Shown here: positions 38,442 to 46,880 of the stretch, one piece after another | Position numbering within the stretch: the first letter of the stretch is position 1 | Layout of the letters: the number at the start of each line of letters is the position of its first letter | NCBI GenBank assembly: GCA_036676315.1 | Contig: JAKFDB010000067.1 | Location: 2,180-66,179 of the forward strand | Reading direction: 5' to 3' | Source: Bradyrhizobiaceae bacterium | GTDB taxonomy: Bacteria > Pseudomonadota > Alphaproteobacteria > Rhizobiales > Beijerinckiaceae | Length of the DNA stretch: 64,000 bases | The notes under the pieces: model-generated | The model's database searches: none | What the model was told of the DNA's origin: nothing | The model's input: the letters and a program-made list of their open reading frames with translations, nothing else | Program-made: the position numbers and the translations under genes

Positions 38442-38580
38442 GGTGTTTCCTCGGATGCTTTCTGCCGCGCGACTGTGGGGCGATTTGCCGGCCGGGATAA
38501 ATACGCTTTCGCGATTGGGCGGATAGCGAAAAGGTATGGGCCGATGGCGTTCTCGGGCGGAGCGCCGGATGAAGGGCGCG

Positions 38581-38720
38581 GGGAACCCTTCTCCCGTGTG
38601 GGAGAAGGGCAGGGATGAGGGCCTGCCCTATCCGCAGAAGGCACAGCGACCCTGCATCGCTTCAATAATCAGCGGCGGTCCCTCACCCCTGCCCCTCTCC
38701 CATCCGGGAGAGGGGTTCCC
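38581..38720. repeat. MITE-like CCCTCTCCC/GGGAGAGGG family repeat
   Basis: 15-bp near-perfect terminal inverted repeats GGGAACCCTTCTCCC / GGGAGAGGGGTTCCC, each end folding into its own hairpin. Confidence 0.75.
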
Positions 38721-38726
38721 CGCGCC

Positions 38727-40538
38727 TTACGCCCCGATTTCCTCGCGCAGCATCTCCAGCTCCAACCAGCGCTCCTCGGCCTCGGCGATCTCGCGCGTCA
38801 CCTCGTCCAGCCGGGCGGTCGCCTTGGCGAAGAGCTTCGGGTCGCGGGTGTAGAGATCGCCCGCCAGCGCGGCGTTGAGTTTGCCGGCCTCGGTCTGCAG
38901 CTTCCCGAGCTGCTGGGGCAGCGTCTTCAGAGCGTGCTGCTCGTTGAAGGAGAGCTTGCGCTTCGGGGCTGTCGCGCCTGCTGCGAGGGCGGCCTTCTGC
39001 GGCCCGGACGCAGCCGTCTTCACCGGGACGGCGCGCGCCTTGGCGCCGACGCCGCGGCCGCGCTGGGCCAGCATGTCGGAATAGCCGCCGGCGAACTCGG
39101 TCCAGACGCCGTCGCCGTCCGAGATCAGGGTCGAGGAGACGACGCGGTCGAGGAAGTCGCGGTCATGGCTGACCAGCAGCACGGTGCCGGCATAGTCGGC
39201 GAGCAGTTCCTGCAGCAGGTCGAGCGTTTCGATGTCGAGATCGTTGGTCGGCTCGTCGAGCACCAAGAGGTTGGAGGGCTTGGCGAGGGCGCGGGCCAGC
39301 ATCAGCCGGCCACGTTCGCCACCCGAGAGCGCGCCGACCGCGGTGCCGCGCTGGATCGGCTGGAACAGGAAGTCCTTCATGTAGCTGATGACATGGCGCG
39401 GCTGGCCGCCGACCATGATCTGGTCCGAGCCGCCGCCGGTCAGCGCGTCGCCGAGCGGCGTCGCCGGATCGAGGCTCTCGCGGCGCTGGTCGAGCGTCAC
39501 CATCTCGAGCGTGGCGCCGAGCTTGACCTTCCCTGAGTCGGGCTTGAGCGCGCCGGTGAGCAGGTTGATCAGTGTCGTCTTGCCGGCGCCGTTGGGACCG
39601 ACAATGCCGATGCAGTCGCCGCGGGCGACGCGCAATGAGAAGTCCTTGACCACCGGCCGACCGTCATAGGCCTTGGCGATGTCGACGGCCTCGATCACCA
39701 GCTTGCCGGAGGCCTGCGCCTCGCTCGCTTCGAGCCGGACGGAGCCGACGGCGTGGCGGGCGGTGCGGCGCTGCTCGCGCAGGCCATGCAGTTCGCCGAG
39801 CCGGCGCTGATTGCGGGTGCGCCGGGCGCTGACGCCGTAGCGCAGCCAATCCTCCTCGCGGGCGATCTTGCGGTCGAGCTTGTGGCGGTCGAGTTCCTCC
39901 TGCGCCAGCACCTCGTCGCGCCAGGCCTCGAACTCGCCGAAGCCGCGCTCGACGCGCCGGGTGACGCCGCGGTCGAGCCAGATCGTGGCGCGCGAGAGCG
40001 AGCTCAGGAAGCGGCGGTCATGGCTGATCAGCACCATGGCCGAGCGCAACGATTTCAGCTCCTGCTCGAGCCATTCGATCACGGGCAGGTCGAGATGGTT
40101 GGTCGGCTCGTCGAGCAGCAGGATGTCGGGCTCGGGCGCGAGCACGCGGGCGAGTGCGGCGCGGCGCGATTCGCCGCCCGACATGCTGGCCGGATCTTCC
40201 TCGCCGGTCAGGCCCAGTTCCTCGATCAGGTATTGCGCGCGATAGGCATCGTCGCCGGGTCCGAGCCCCGCCTCGACATAGGAAAGCGAGGTCTTGTAGC
40301 CGGAAAAGTCGGGCTCTTGCGGCAGATAGCGGATGGTCGCGCCCGGCTGGACGAACCGCTCGGCGCTGTCCGGCTCGACCAGCCCAGCCACGATCTTGAG
40401 CAGGGTCGACTTGCCGGAGCCGTTGCGGCCGACCAGGCAGACCCGCTCGCCGGCGGAAACCGCGATCTCGGCGCCCTCGAGCAGCGGATGGCCGCCGAAG
40501 GTGAGAGCAACGTCGCGGAGATGCAGCAGGGGGGCCAT
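38727..40538 (-). CDS. uup: ABC-F ATP-binding protein, Uup-like
   Basis: Two ABC domains (GRNGSGKST, GPNGAGKTT), LLDEPTNHLD and a C-terminal KRKLSFNEQ coiled coil; no TM segments. Confidence 0.85.
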   Translation of the reverse strand: MAPLLHLRDVALTFGGHPLLEGAEIAVSAGERVCLVGRNGSGKSTLLKIVAGLVEPDSAERFVQPGATIRYLPQEPDFSGYKTSLSYVEAGLGPGDDAYRAQYLIEELGLTGEEDPASMSGGESRRAALARVLAPEPDILLLDEPTNHLDLPVIEWLEQELKSLRSAMVLISHDRRFLSSLSRATIWLDRGVTRRVERGFGEFEAWRDEVLAQEELDRHKLDRKIAREEDWLRYGVSARRTRNQRRLGELHGLREQRRTARHAVGSVRLEASEAQASGKLVIEAVDIAKAYDGRPVVKDFSLRVARGDCIGIVGPNGAGKTTLINLLTGALKPDSGKVKLGATLEMVTLDQRRESLDPATPLGDALTGGGSDQIMVGGQPRHVISYMKDFLFQPIQRGTAVGALSGGERGRLMLARALAKPSNLLVLDEPTNDLDIETLDLLQELLADYAGTVLLVSHDRDFLDRVVSSTLISDGDGVWTEFAGGYSDMLAQRGRGVGAKARAVPVKTAASGPQKAALAAGATAPKRKLSFNEQHALKTLPQQLGKLQTEAGKLNAALAGDLYTRDPKLFAKATARLDEVTREIAEAEERWLELEMLREEIGA

Positions 40539-40659
40539 GGCGTTCCTTCGATGTCAGGCCGCCCGGATAGACCGCCCGGCCGCCACTGTCACGCCCGGCA
40601 CCGAATTTGCCTGTCCACCATAGGATACGAATCGTATCTTTTAGTGGATGAGAGGCCCT

Positions 40660-41016
40660 GTGAGACAGCCGAAGCTTCGCAAGCCCCGCCCGGCGAGGAT
40701 GGGCGACAATGGCGGCCCGCCGCTGGTGGAGAAGCCGCATGAACCGGAATGGGGCAAGGGCGAGATCGCCCGCTATTTCGAGTGGCGTACCGCGCATCGC
40801 AAGGCCTGGCGCAAGCCGAGCGGCATCGTGCTGCGGCGGATGGAGCGGGCCGAGGAACTCGGCCTGACCTATGAGGAATATACGCTGGAAATCATGGAGC
40901 GCGGCTATTTCCCGCAGCCCGAACATGTCGCGGCGATTGTGGCGAGACGGCCGGAGCGGCGGCGCGCCGGCGGCGTGGTCGGCCAATCGCTGAAGGGCAT
41001 GCGGCTGAAGGGGTAG
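40660..41016 (+). CDS. Small conserved-looking hypothetical protein (GDNGGPPL...GLTYEEY)
   Basis: GAGG RBS before the GTG at 40660; host-like codon usage. Confidence 0.7.
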   Translation: MRQPKLRKPRPARMGDNGGPPLVEKPHEPEWGKGEIARYFEWRTAHRKAWRKPSGIVLRRMERAEELGLTYEEYTLEIMERGYFPQPEHVAAIVARRPERRRAGGVVGQSLKGMRLKG

Positions 41017-41033
41017 CGGACGAGCACGGGGCC

Positions 41034-41144
41034 GTCATGCCCGGGCTTGACCCGGGCATCCCCGGGCAGAGATTCTCGGATCTGCGCGGAGTTTATCCTT
41101 GGGCCGACCGAAGGTCGGACCCGAGGGCTCCGCCCGAGAAGGAC
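41034..41144. repeat. Subfamily B repeat (reverse orientation) carrying a nested 39-nt hairpin insert
   Basis: GTCATGCCCGGGCTTGACCCGGGCATC...GCTCCGCCCGAGAAGGAC; extra segment at 41088-41126. Confidence 0.75.
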
Positions 41145-41159
41145 GCGGCGCTCAGGCTT

Positions 41160-42203
41160 TCACGCCCGCAGCAGGCGCCGCAGCGTCTTCGTCAGCGGCC
41201 GCTCGAACCAGCGGTACACGGCGAAGGCGGCAAGGATCGCGGCGGCCAGCGCCGCCACGACGAACAGTCCCGTCGCCCCGGGAGCGACGCGCAGGAAAAG
41301 CTCGCGCATGGCGCGCATCGCAAAGGGATGGATGAGATAGAGCGCATAGGAGGCGTCGCCGAGCCGGGCGAGCAGGCGCACCAGCGCCGAGGGCGCCGAC
41401 CGTCCCTTGCCGCAGGCGGCGGCGGTAACGAGGAGGAGCGCCGCCGGGCCGCGAAAGGCGAGGGATCCCCAGGGCGTCTCGGCCCAGGCATTGCCGACTG
41501 CCGCGACCAGCAGCGCCGTTCCGGCCGCGACCATCAGCCAGCGCAAACGGCCATCGAGGCGCAGGCCGCGGTTCCGTAGCAGGGCGACCGCCATGCCGCC
41601 GGCGAATTCGAGCACGATCGGCTGGCCCCAGAAGCCGAAAGGCAGCGGCAGGGGGCCGGCAGCCTCGGCGGCGACCAGCCCCGCCAGCGCCAGAGCCGTC
41701 GCCGGCACGACCAGCGCGCGCGGCAGCAGCAGCGCCGCCGCGAACAGGGCGTAGAACAGCATCTCATAGTTCAGCGTCCAGCCCAGCGAATAGACCGGCT
41801 GGAGGGCGCCGGCGGCGTTGGGAGCCGGCCAGAACAGGTAGGAGGCGGCGATCTGCCCGAATGTCGGGGCGGCCGAGTTGACCAGGGCCGGCGAGGCAGC
41901 GAGCACGAGCAGGAACAAGGTCGTCGCCGCCCAGTAGAGCGGCACGATCCGGGCGACGCGGCGGGCGAGGAAAAGGCGCGCGCCGTCGCGTTTGCCGAAC
42001 AGGCCGGCCGAGGCGTGGACCATGATGAAGCCGGAGATGACGAAGAACAGGTCGACGCCGGCGGTCCAGGGCAGCAGGTGCCAGGGCGAGAACTGCGCGC
42101 CGGCCCGCTCCGCCAGGAAGCCGGCATCCGACTGGACATGGTGCACGGCGACCATCAGCGCCGCGAGCGCGCGCAGGACCTGGATGCCGTAGAGCTGGGA
42201 CAA
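41160..42203 (-). CDS. Acyltransferase-3 (OafA-like) membrane O-acyltransferase; start uncertain (TTG 42203)
   Basis: IQVLRALAALMV, GVDLFFVISGF, GWTLNYEMLFY and LGDASYALYLIH. Confidence 0.88.
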   Translation of the reverse strand: MSQLYGIQVLRALAALMVAVHHVQSDAGFLAERAGAQFSPWHLLPWTAGVDLFFVISGFIMVHASAGLFGKRDGARLFLARRVARIVPLYWAATTLFLLVLAASPALVNSAAPTFGQIAASYLFWPAPNAAGALQPVYSLGWTLNYEMLFYALFAAALLLPRALVVPATALALAGLVAAEAAGPLPLPFGFWGQPIVLEFAGGMAVALLRNRGLRLDGRLRWLMVAAGTALLVAAVGNAWAETPWGSLAFRGPAALLLVTAAACGKGRSAPSALVRLLARLGDASYALYLIHPFAMRAMRELFLRVAPGATGLFVVAALAAAILAAFAVYRWFERPLTKTLRRLLRA

Positions 42204-42264
42204 GGCGGGCGCGGCTCGAAAGCGAGAAAGGGAGTGCTGCGGCGTCAGGCGAGCCGCAGCGGGT

Positions 42265-43269
42265 TCACGCAAACCACAACCGCGCGGGATCGTCGAGCCC
42301 GAAACGCGCCGGCGCGCTGGCGATCGCGGCGATACCCCGTTCGGCGGGGGCGTCGCAGGTGATGACATGCAGGGCGAAGCGGGCTGCGAGATCCTCGACC
42401 GGCGGCTTGCCGCTGAACACGGCGTGGATCGTCGCTTTGTCGGCGAGCGGCAGGATACGCGGCGCGATGCCGCCGGCAAGATAGACCCCGCCGGTCGCCT
42501 TGAAGGCGAGGGCGAGATCGCCGGCGACGCGCGCCAGCAAGCGCCAGAAGCAGATGACGGCCTTCAGCGCCGCCGGGTTGCCGTCGAGGGCGAGGGTGGT
42601 GACGTCGGCGGCGCTGACATCGGGCTCGGAGAGGCCGGATTCCTGCACTACGGCCCGGTGGAAGCGCACGAGCCCGTCGCCGCGCAGCAGCGCCTCGATC
42701 GTCACACGCGGCAGGCCTTCCGCCAGTGCTGGCCAGAGCCGTGTCTCGGCCGGGTCCTCCGGGCCGATGCCGATATGGCCGCATTCGGTCGGCACCAGCA
42801 CGCCGGCCTTGCCGCGCATCAACAGCGCTGCGGCGCCGAAGCCGGTGCCGGGCCCGAGCACCAGGCGCGGGCCGGTCGCCTCGGGCCGGCCCGGCACCAG
42901 GGTCGTGACGTCGCCCTCGCGCAGCACGGCGAGCGAAGCGGCCAGAGACTCGAAATCATTGACCAGCAGGCCCTGCTCGAACCCGAGCGCCTGCGCCAGC
43001 TGCGGCCCGTCGAAGTGCCAGTTTGCATTGGTCAGCTGGGCCGCGCGCCCGTCGAGCGGACCGGCGACCGCCAGGATCGCCGAGCGCGGCCTGTCGTGGA
43101 GCGTGGCGAGCACTGCTTCGAGTGCGGCTTCCGGGGTCGGATGGGCACCAGTACTGATGCGGGCGAGGGGCTCCGGCTCGGCGCCGTGCTTGGACAGCAG
43201 CGACAGACGACAGTTCGTGCCGCCGATGTCGGCGATCAGGACCGGGCAGGGGAAGAGCGGGGCGCTCAA
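42265..43269 (-). CDS. glk: Glucokinase (Glk family)
   Basis: DIGGTN, VNDF, GPGTGFG, TECGH and YLAGGI. Confidence 0.88.
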   Translation of the reverse strand: MSAPLFPCPVLIADIGGTNCRLSLLSKHGAEPEPLARISTGAHPTPEAALEAVLATLHDRPRSAILAVAGPLDGRAAQLTNANWHFDGPQLAQALGFEQGLLVNDFESLAASLAVLREGDVTTLVPGRPEATGPRLVLGPGTGFGAAALLMRGKAGVLVPTECGHIGIGPEDPAETRLWPALAEGLPRVTIEALLRGDGLVRFHRAVVQESGLSEPDVSAADVTTLALDGNPAALKAVICFWRLLARVAGDLALAFKATGGVYLAGGIAPRILPLADKATIHAVFSGKPPVEDLAARFALHVITCDAPAERGIAAIASAPARFGLDDPARLWFA

Positions 43270-44045
43270 GCCGGCGCCTTCCAGTCGGCAAACCAGCCCA
43301 GCCCTTCGAGCGTGCCGGCGCGCGGGCGGTACTCGCAGCCGACGAAGCCGGGATAGCCGAGCGAATCGAGCTGGGTGAACAGTCGCGGATAGTCCGGCCT
43401 GGTGCCGTCAGGCTCGTGCCGGCCCTCGGCATTGGCGATCTGGACATGGCCGACGAGCGGGTAGAGTGCCTCCAGGCGTGCGCCGACACCGCCGTGGATC
43501 AGCTCGCAGTGATACATGTCGAACTGCAGCTTGACGTTCGGCCGGCCGGATTCGCGGACATAGGCCGCTGCCTGGTCGAAGTCGTTGAGGAAATAGCCCG
43601 GCATGTCCTTGCCGTTGATCGGCTCGAGCAGGAGGTCGATGCCGTGCTCGCCGAGCTTGTCGGCGGCATAGGCGAGCGAGGCACGATAGGCCTCCTGCGC
43701 CGCGGGATCGTTCGGGTCGGCGTGGCCGGCCATCATGTGAAGGCGCTTGACCCCGGTCTCGTGGACATAGGCCAAGGCAGTCTCGATGCCCTTGCGGAAT
43801 TCGGCCTCGCGGCCGGGGATCGCGGCCATGCCGCGCTCGCCCTTGTCCCAGTCGCCCGGCGGCAGGTTGAACAGGGCCTGTTCGAGTTCGCCGCCGGCCA
43901 GGGCGAGACCGACCTTCTCCGCTGGGTGCTCATAGGGAAAGAGGAATTCGACGGCCTCGAAGCCGGCCTCGGACGCCGCCTTGAAGCGGTCGAGGAAGGC
44001 CCATTCGGTGAACATCATCGAAAGGTTGGCGGCGAAGCGAGGCAT
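43266..44045 (-). CDS. hyi: Hydroxypyruvate/2-oxo-tetronate isomerase family (Hyi/OtnI)
   Basis: MPRFAANLSMMFTE, LLEPIN, QFDMYH and GHVQIA...GRHEP. Confidence 0.85.
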   Translation of the reverse strand: MPRFAANLSMMFTEWAFLDRFKAASEAGFEAVEFLFPYEHPAEKVGLALAGGELEQALFNLPPGDWDKGERGMAAIPGREAEFRKGIETALAYVHETGVKRLHMMAGHADPNDPAAQEAYRASLAYAADKLGEHGIDLLLEPINGKDMPGYFLNDFDQAAAYVRESGRPNVKLQFDMYHCELIHGGVGARLEALYPLVGHVQIANAEGRHEPDGTRPDYPRLFTQLDSLGYPGFVGCEYRPRAGTLEGLGWFADWKAPA

Positions 44046-44110
44046 GGAATTCTCTTCAATCGATTCAGCCGGGGCAAGCTAGTCCGATCCGCCCGCCGCG
44101 TCATGCGGAT

Positions 44111-44135
44111 AACGCGACTGGCGGCACTCCGTTCC
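44111..44135 (-). promoter_or_regulatory. EcfG/sigmaT-type promoter upstream of hyi-glk-acyltransferase
   Basis: Minus strand GGAAC GGAGTGCCGCCAGTCG CGTT (N16), about 65 nt upstream of the ATG. Confidence 0.72.
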
Positions 44136-44185
44136 GGCATGCTGGGCAGGATGTCGGCTCAGCTGCGGCTCTGGCCCGGCGCCAT

Positions 44186-44938
44186 TCAGAAGCGGCCTGC
44201 GAGCTTCGGCAACGACGATGCGAGCAGAGCAAAGCCGGACAATGTCAGCAGCCCCAGCACGATCCTGCGGAAGGCCGCTTCGCTGATGCCGATGTAAAGC
44301 CGCGTACCCAGCAGCGTCGGGATCAGCATGGCCGGAGCGACGACGGCGAACATCGGCAGCATCTCGCGGGTGACCGTGCCGCTGGCGAGATAGGCCGCCA
44401 TGGTGACGGCGAGCGTCGCCAGGTTGAAGTTCTGGATGATGCTGCGCTGGGTATGCTTGTCGAGCCGGCGCAAGGTGCACCACAGCGTCGGGAACACGCC
44501 GGTAAAGCCGCCGAATCCGCCCATGATGCCGCCTGCGAGCCCGATCACGCCATCGGCCACGCGGCCGCCGAAGCGGATGGCCGGCAAATGCGGCGCGAGC
44601 AGCATGGTCGGGCACCAGATGACGAGCAGGCAGCCGAGCGCCGCCTTGAACAGGTTCGCATCGAGCAACGGCAGCAGCCCGACGCCGATCGGGATGCCGG
44701 CGAGGCCGCCGAGCAGGAAGGGCCAGAGCCGGGCGAAGTCGAAGCCGCGGCGAACCGAGAGGGCGGCGATGATCTGCCCGGTGAGGCTGCCGAAGACCGC
44801 CATGACGGCAGCGAGCTTGGGATCCAGCGTCCAGGCCCAGATCGTCATGGCGACCAGGCTGAAGGCGAAGCCGGAGAGACCCTGCACGAAACCAGCCACG
44901 ATCGCACCGAGGGCGAGGCTCAGGATCGTCACGTCCAT
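44186..44938 (-). CDS. TauE/SafE family exporter
   Basis: GFVQGLSGFAFSLV and GGIMGGFGGFTG; about 8 TM segments. Confidence 0.88.
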   Translation of the reverse strand: MDVTILSLALGAIVAGFVQGLSGFAFSLVAMTIWAWTLDPKLAAVMAVFGSLTGQIIAALSVRRGFDFARLWPFLLGGLAGIPIGVGLLPLLDANLFKAALGCLLVIWCPTMLLAPHLPAIRFGGRVADGVIGLAGGIMGGFGGFTGVFPTLWCTLRRLDKHTQRSIIQNFNLATLAVTMAAYLASGTVTREMLPMFAVVAPAMLIPTLLGTRLYIGISEAAFRRIVLGLLTLSGFALLASSLPKLAGRF

Positions 44939-45000
44939 GAAGAGGCCCCCGGTCCGCAATCTGACGCCTAGCCCATGCGCCTCGCTCTGAAAACTCGCTA

Positions 45001-45098
45001 TCGTCCCGGGCGACCGCAGGGAGACCCGGGACCCATGCCGGAACCGTTCAGGCATGGGTCCCGGATCGGCGCCGCTGACGCGGCTTGTCCGGGATGAC
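45001..45098. repeat. Mosaic GTC-tagged palindromic repeat
   Basis: Left half is the reverse complement of the subfamily A right arm; right half GGATCGGCGCCGCTGACGCGGCTTGTCCGGGATGAC is shared with 62868. Confidence 0.8.
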
Positions 45099-45124
45099 CT
45101 TCGAGGGAGTCGCTCGTGCGAAGG

Positions 45125-46117
45125 CTACTTCTTCGCTTCCGGCTTGGCCGGCGGGTTCGGGTCCTTCGAGAAGTTGCGGAAGACCATGTCGGGCGAGGAG
45201 GTGTTGTGGCGCGAATGGGTGGCGCGGCCCATCCAGACATCGGTCGCCTTGCCGCCGGTGAAGGGCATCAGGGGCTCCTCGCGCCAGCCCTTGGCGCCGG
45301 GCTCGCGGATGGCGATGCGGGCGACGTCGTTGTTGAATTCGGTGACATACATCGAGCGCAGCGCGGCGAAGGCCTTGCCGCCGGTGACCGGCTTGTCGAG
45401 CACCGCGTCGAGCACCATGCGGTTCTGGTCGACGCTGTCGAGCTTGAGCGTGCCGGCGGAGCCGTCCTTGAAGGCGAGGTTGAAGGAGAGCGTCTTCGGG
45501 TCGAAGGCGATCTCCCTGATGTTCACCACCGGCCGGGCGCCGTCCTGCTCGACCGGGCCGAACAGGAAGGAGGAGCCGTAAGCCGCGGCGGAGAGCTGCT
45601 GCGGCGGCAGCGGCCGGACGCGCCAGTAGCCGTCCTGCGGATAGACGACGAGCACCTCATAGGAGCCGGTCTTGCCGAGCTTCCAGAGTTGGACGAGGTG
45701 CAAGCCCTTCTCGACGCGGTCGCCGACCCGGAAGGTCGTCTCGGCCGGGCGCCAGAAGCTCTCGAAGGTGTAGCCGACCAGCCAGTACTCGATGCTCTCG
45801 TAGAAGGTGACCCGCTGCGGCGGCACGGGTGCCTTGAAGACCGGATCGCCGGTCATGTCGCAATCCGTCCAGTCGGCATCCCAGTTGTCGCGCAGGAGCC
45901 CGGCGATGTAGGCCGGATGCGCCGCCTCGATGCGGAAGCGCCGGACCTCCGGCGAGATCGCCTTGATGGTGACGTTGTCCTTTTCGGCACAAAGCACCGG
46001 CTCGGATTCGTTCTTGACCTCGACGGCGACATCGCTGGCAGCATGGGCCGGCAGGGCGAACAGAAGCGCCAGTGGAACGAGCAGTGGGCGCAGGCGCGCA
46101 GGAAGCGTCATCATCAT
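45125..46117 (-). CDS. Secreted/periplasmic hypothetical protein, beta-rich
   Basis: Sec signal ending AHA; starts 4 nt after the fkbM stop; host-like codons; no family recognised. Confidence 0.8.
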   Translation of the reverse strand: MMMTLPARLRPLLVPLALLFALPAHAASDVAVEVKNESEPVLCAEKDNVTIKAISPEVRRFRIEAAHPAYIAGLLRDNWDADWTDCDMTGDPVFKAPVPPQRVTFYESIEYWLVGYTFESFWRPAETTFRVGDRVEKGLHLVQLWKLGKTGSYEVLVVYPQDGYWRVRPLPPQQLSAAAYGSSFLFGPVEQDGARPVVNIREIAFDPKTLSFNLAFKDGSAGTLKLDSVDQNRMVLDAVLDKPVTGGKAFAALRSMYVTEFNNDVARIAIREPGAKGWREEPLMPFTGGKATDVWMGRATHSRHNTSSPDMVFRNFSKDPNPPAKPEAKK

Positions 46118-46121
46118 CGAA

Positions 46122-46880
46122 TCAACCTTGCAGGATGGCGTAGATATCGCCCGAATTGGCGGTGTGCGGCAGGTCGCGGATATAGCCGCCCATGACCTCG
46201 GTGCCGACCGCCTCCGGGAAGACCAGCTTCTGGCTTTCACCGAGCGCGACATTGAAACGGTAGGGACCGAGCGCCTCGACGAGAGCGAGGCAGGCCTCGG
46301 CGACGTCGCGCTGGATGGTGGTGAATTCGAAGGAGAGTGCTGGGACCGGCCGCGTCAGCCCGGCCAGCACATGCGCCTCGAAACCCTCGACATCGATCTT
46401 GACGAAGGCCGGCAGGCCGTACCGGCAGATCAGCGCATCGAGCGTGGTGCAGGGAACCGAGAGTTCACGGTCCCAGACCTGTTCGCGCCAGCCATCGGCA
46501 TTGCTGGCGGCGCCGACGAAATCCTGTGAAACGGTCGAGACCGTCGGGTTGGCGCTGTTGATCCGGAGCGCCACCGTGCCCGGCCGGTCGCCGCAGGCAG
46601 CCTCGACCAGGGTGACATCGGGGTCGCGGCCATGGATCAGCCGGATGGCGCGGGCCGGGCCCGGCTGCGGCTCGAGGGCGACGACGCGCGCGCCGAGCCG
46701 GCGGAAGGAGGAGATGCGATCGCCGACATGCGAGCCGATATCGAAGGCGAGGTCGCCGGGGCCGAGAAACCGGGCGTAGAGGGTATCCATCGCGGCGTTG
46801 CGGACCCGGTCGCCATGGTAGACGCGCAGCGAGCGCGACAGGCTTTTCGCCGTGCCCTTGGGATAGGCGACGGACTTCAT
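46122..46880 (-). CDS. FkbM family methyltransferase
   Basis: FDIGSHVG, VALEPQP and FVKIDVEGFE; ATG overlaps the opgH stop (ATGA). Confidence 0.9.
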   Translation of the reverse strand: MKSVAYPKGTAKSLSRSLRVYHGDRVRNAAMDTLYARFLGPGDLAFDIGSHVGDRISSFRRLGARVVALEPQPGPARAIRLIHGRDPDVTLVEAACGDRPGTVALRINSANPTVSTVSQDFVGAASNADGWREQVWDRELSVPCTTLDALICRYGLPAFVKIDVEGFEAHVLAGLTRPVPALSFEFTTIQRDVAEACLALVEALGPYRFNVALGESQKLVFPEAVGTEVMGGYIRDLPHTANSGDIYAILQG

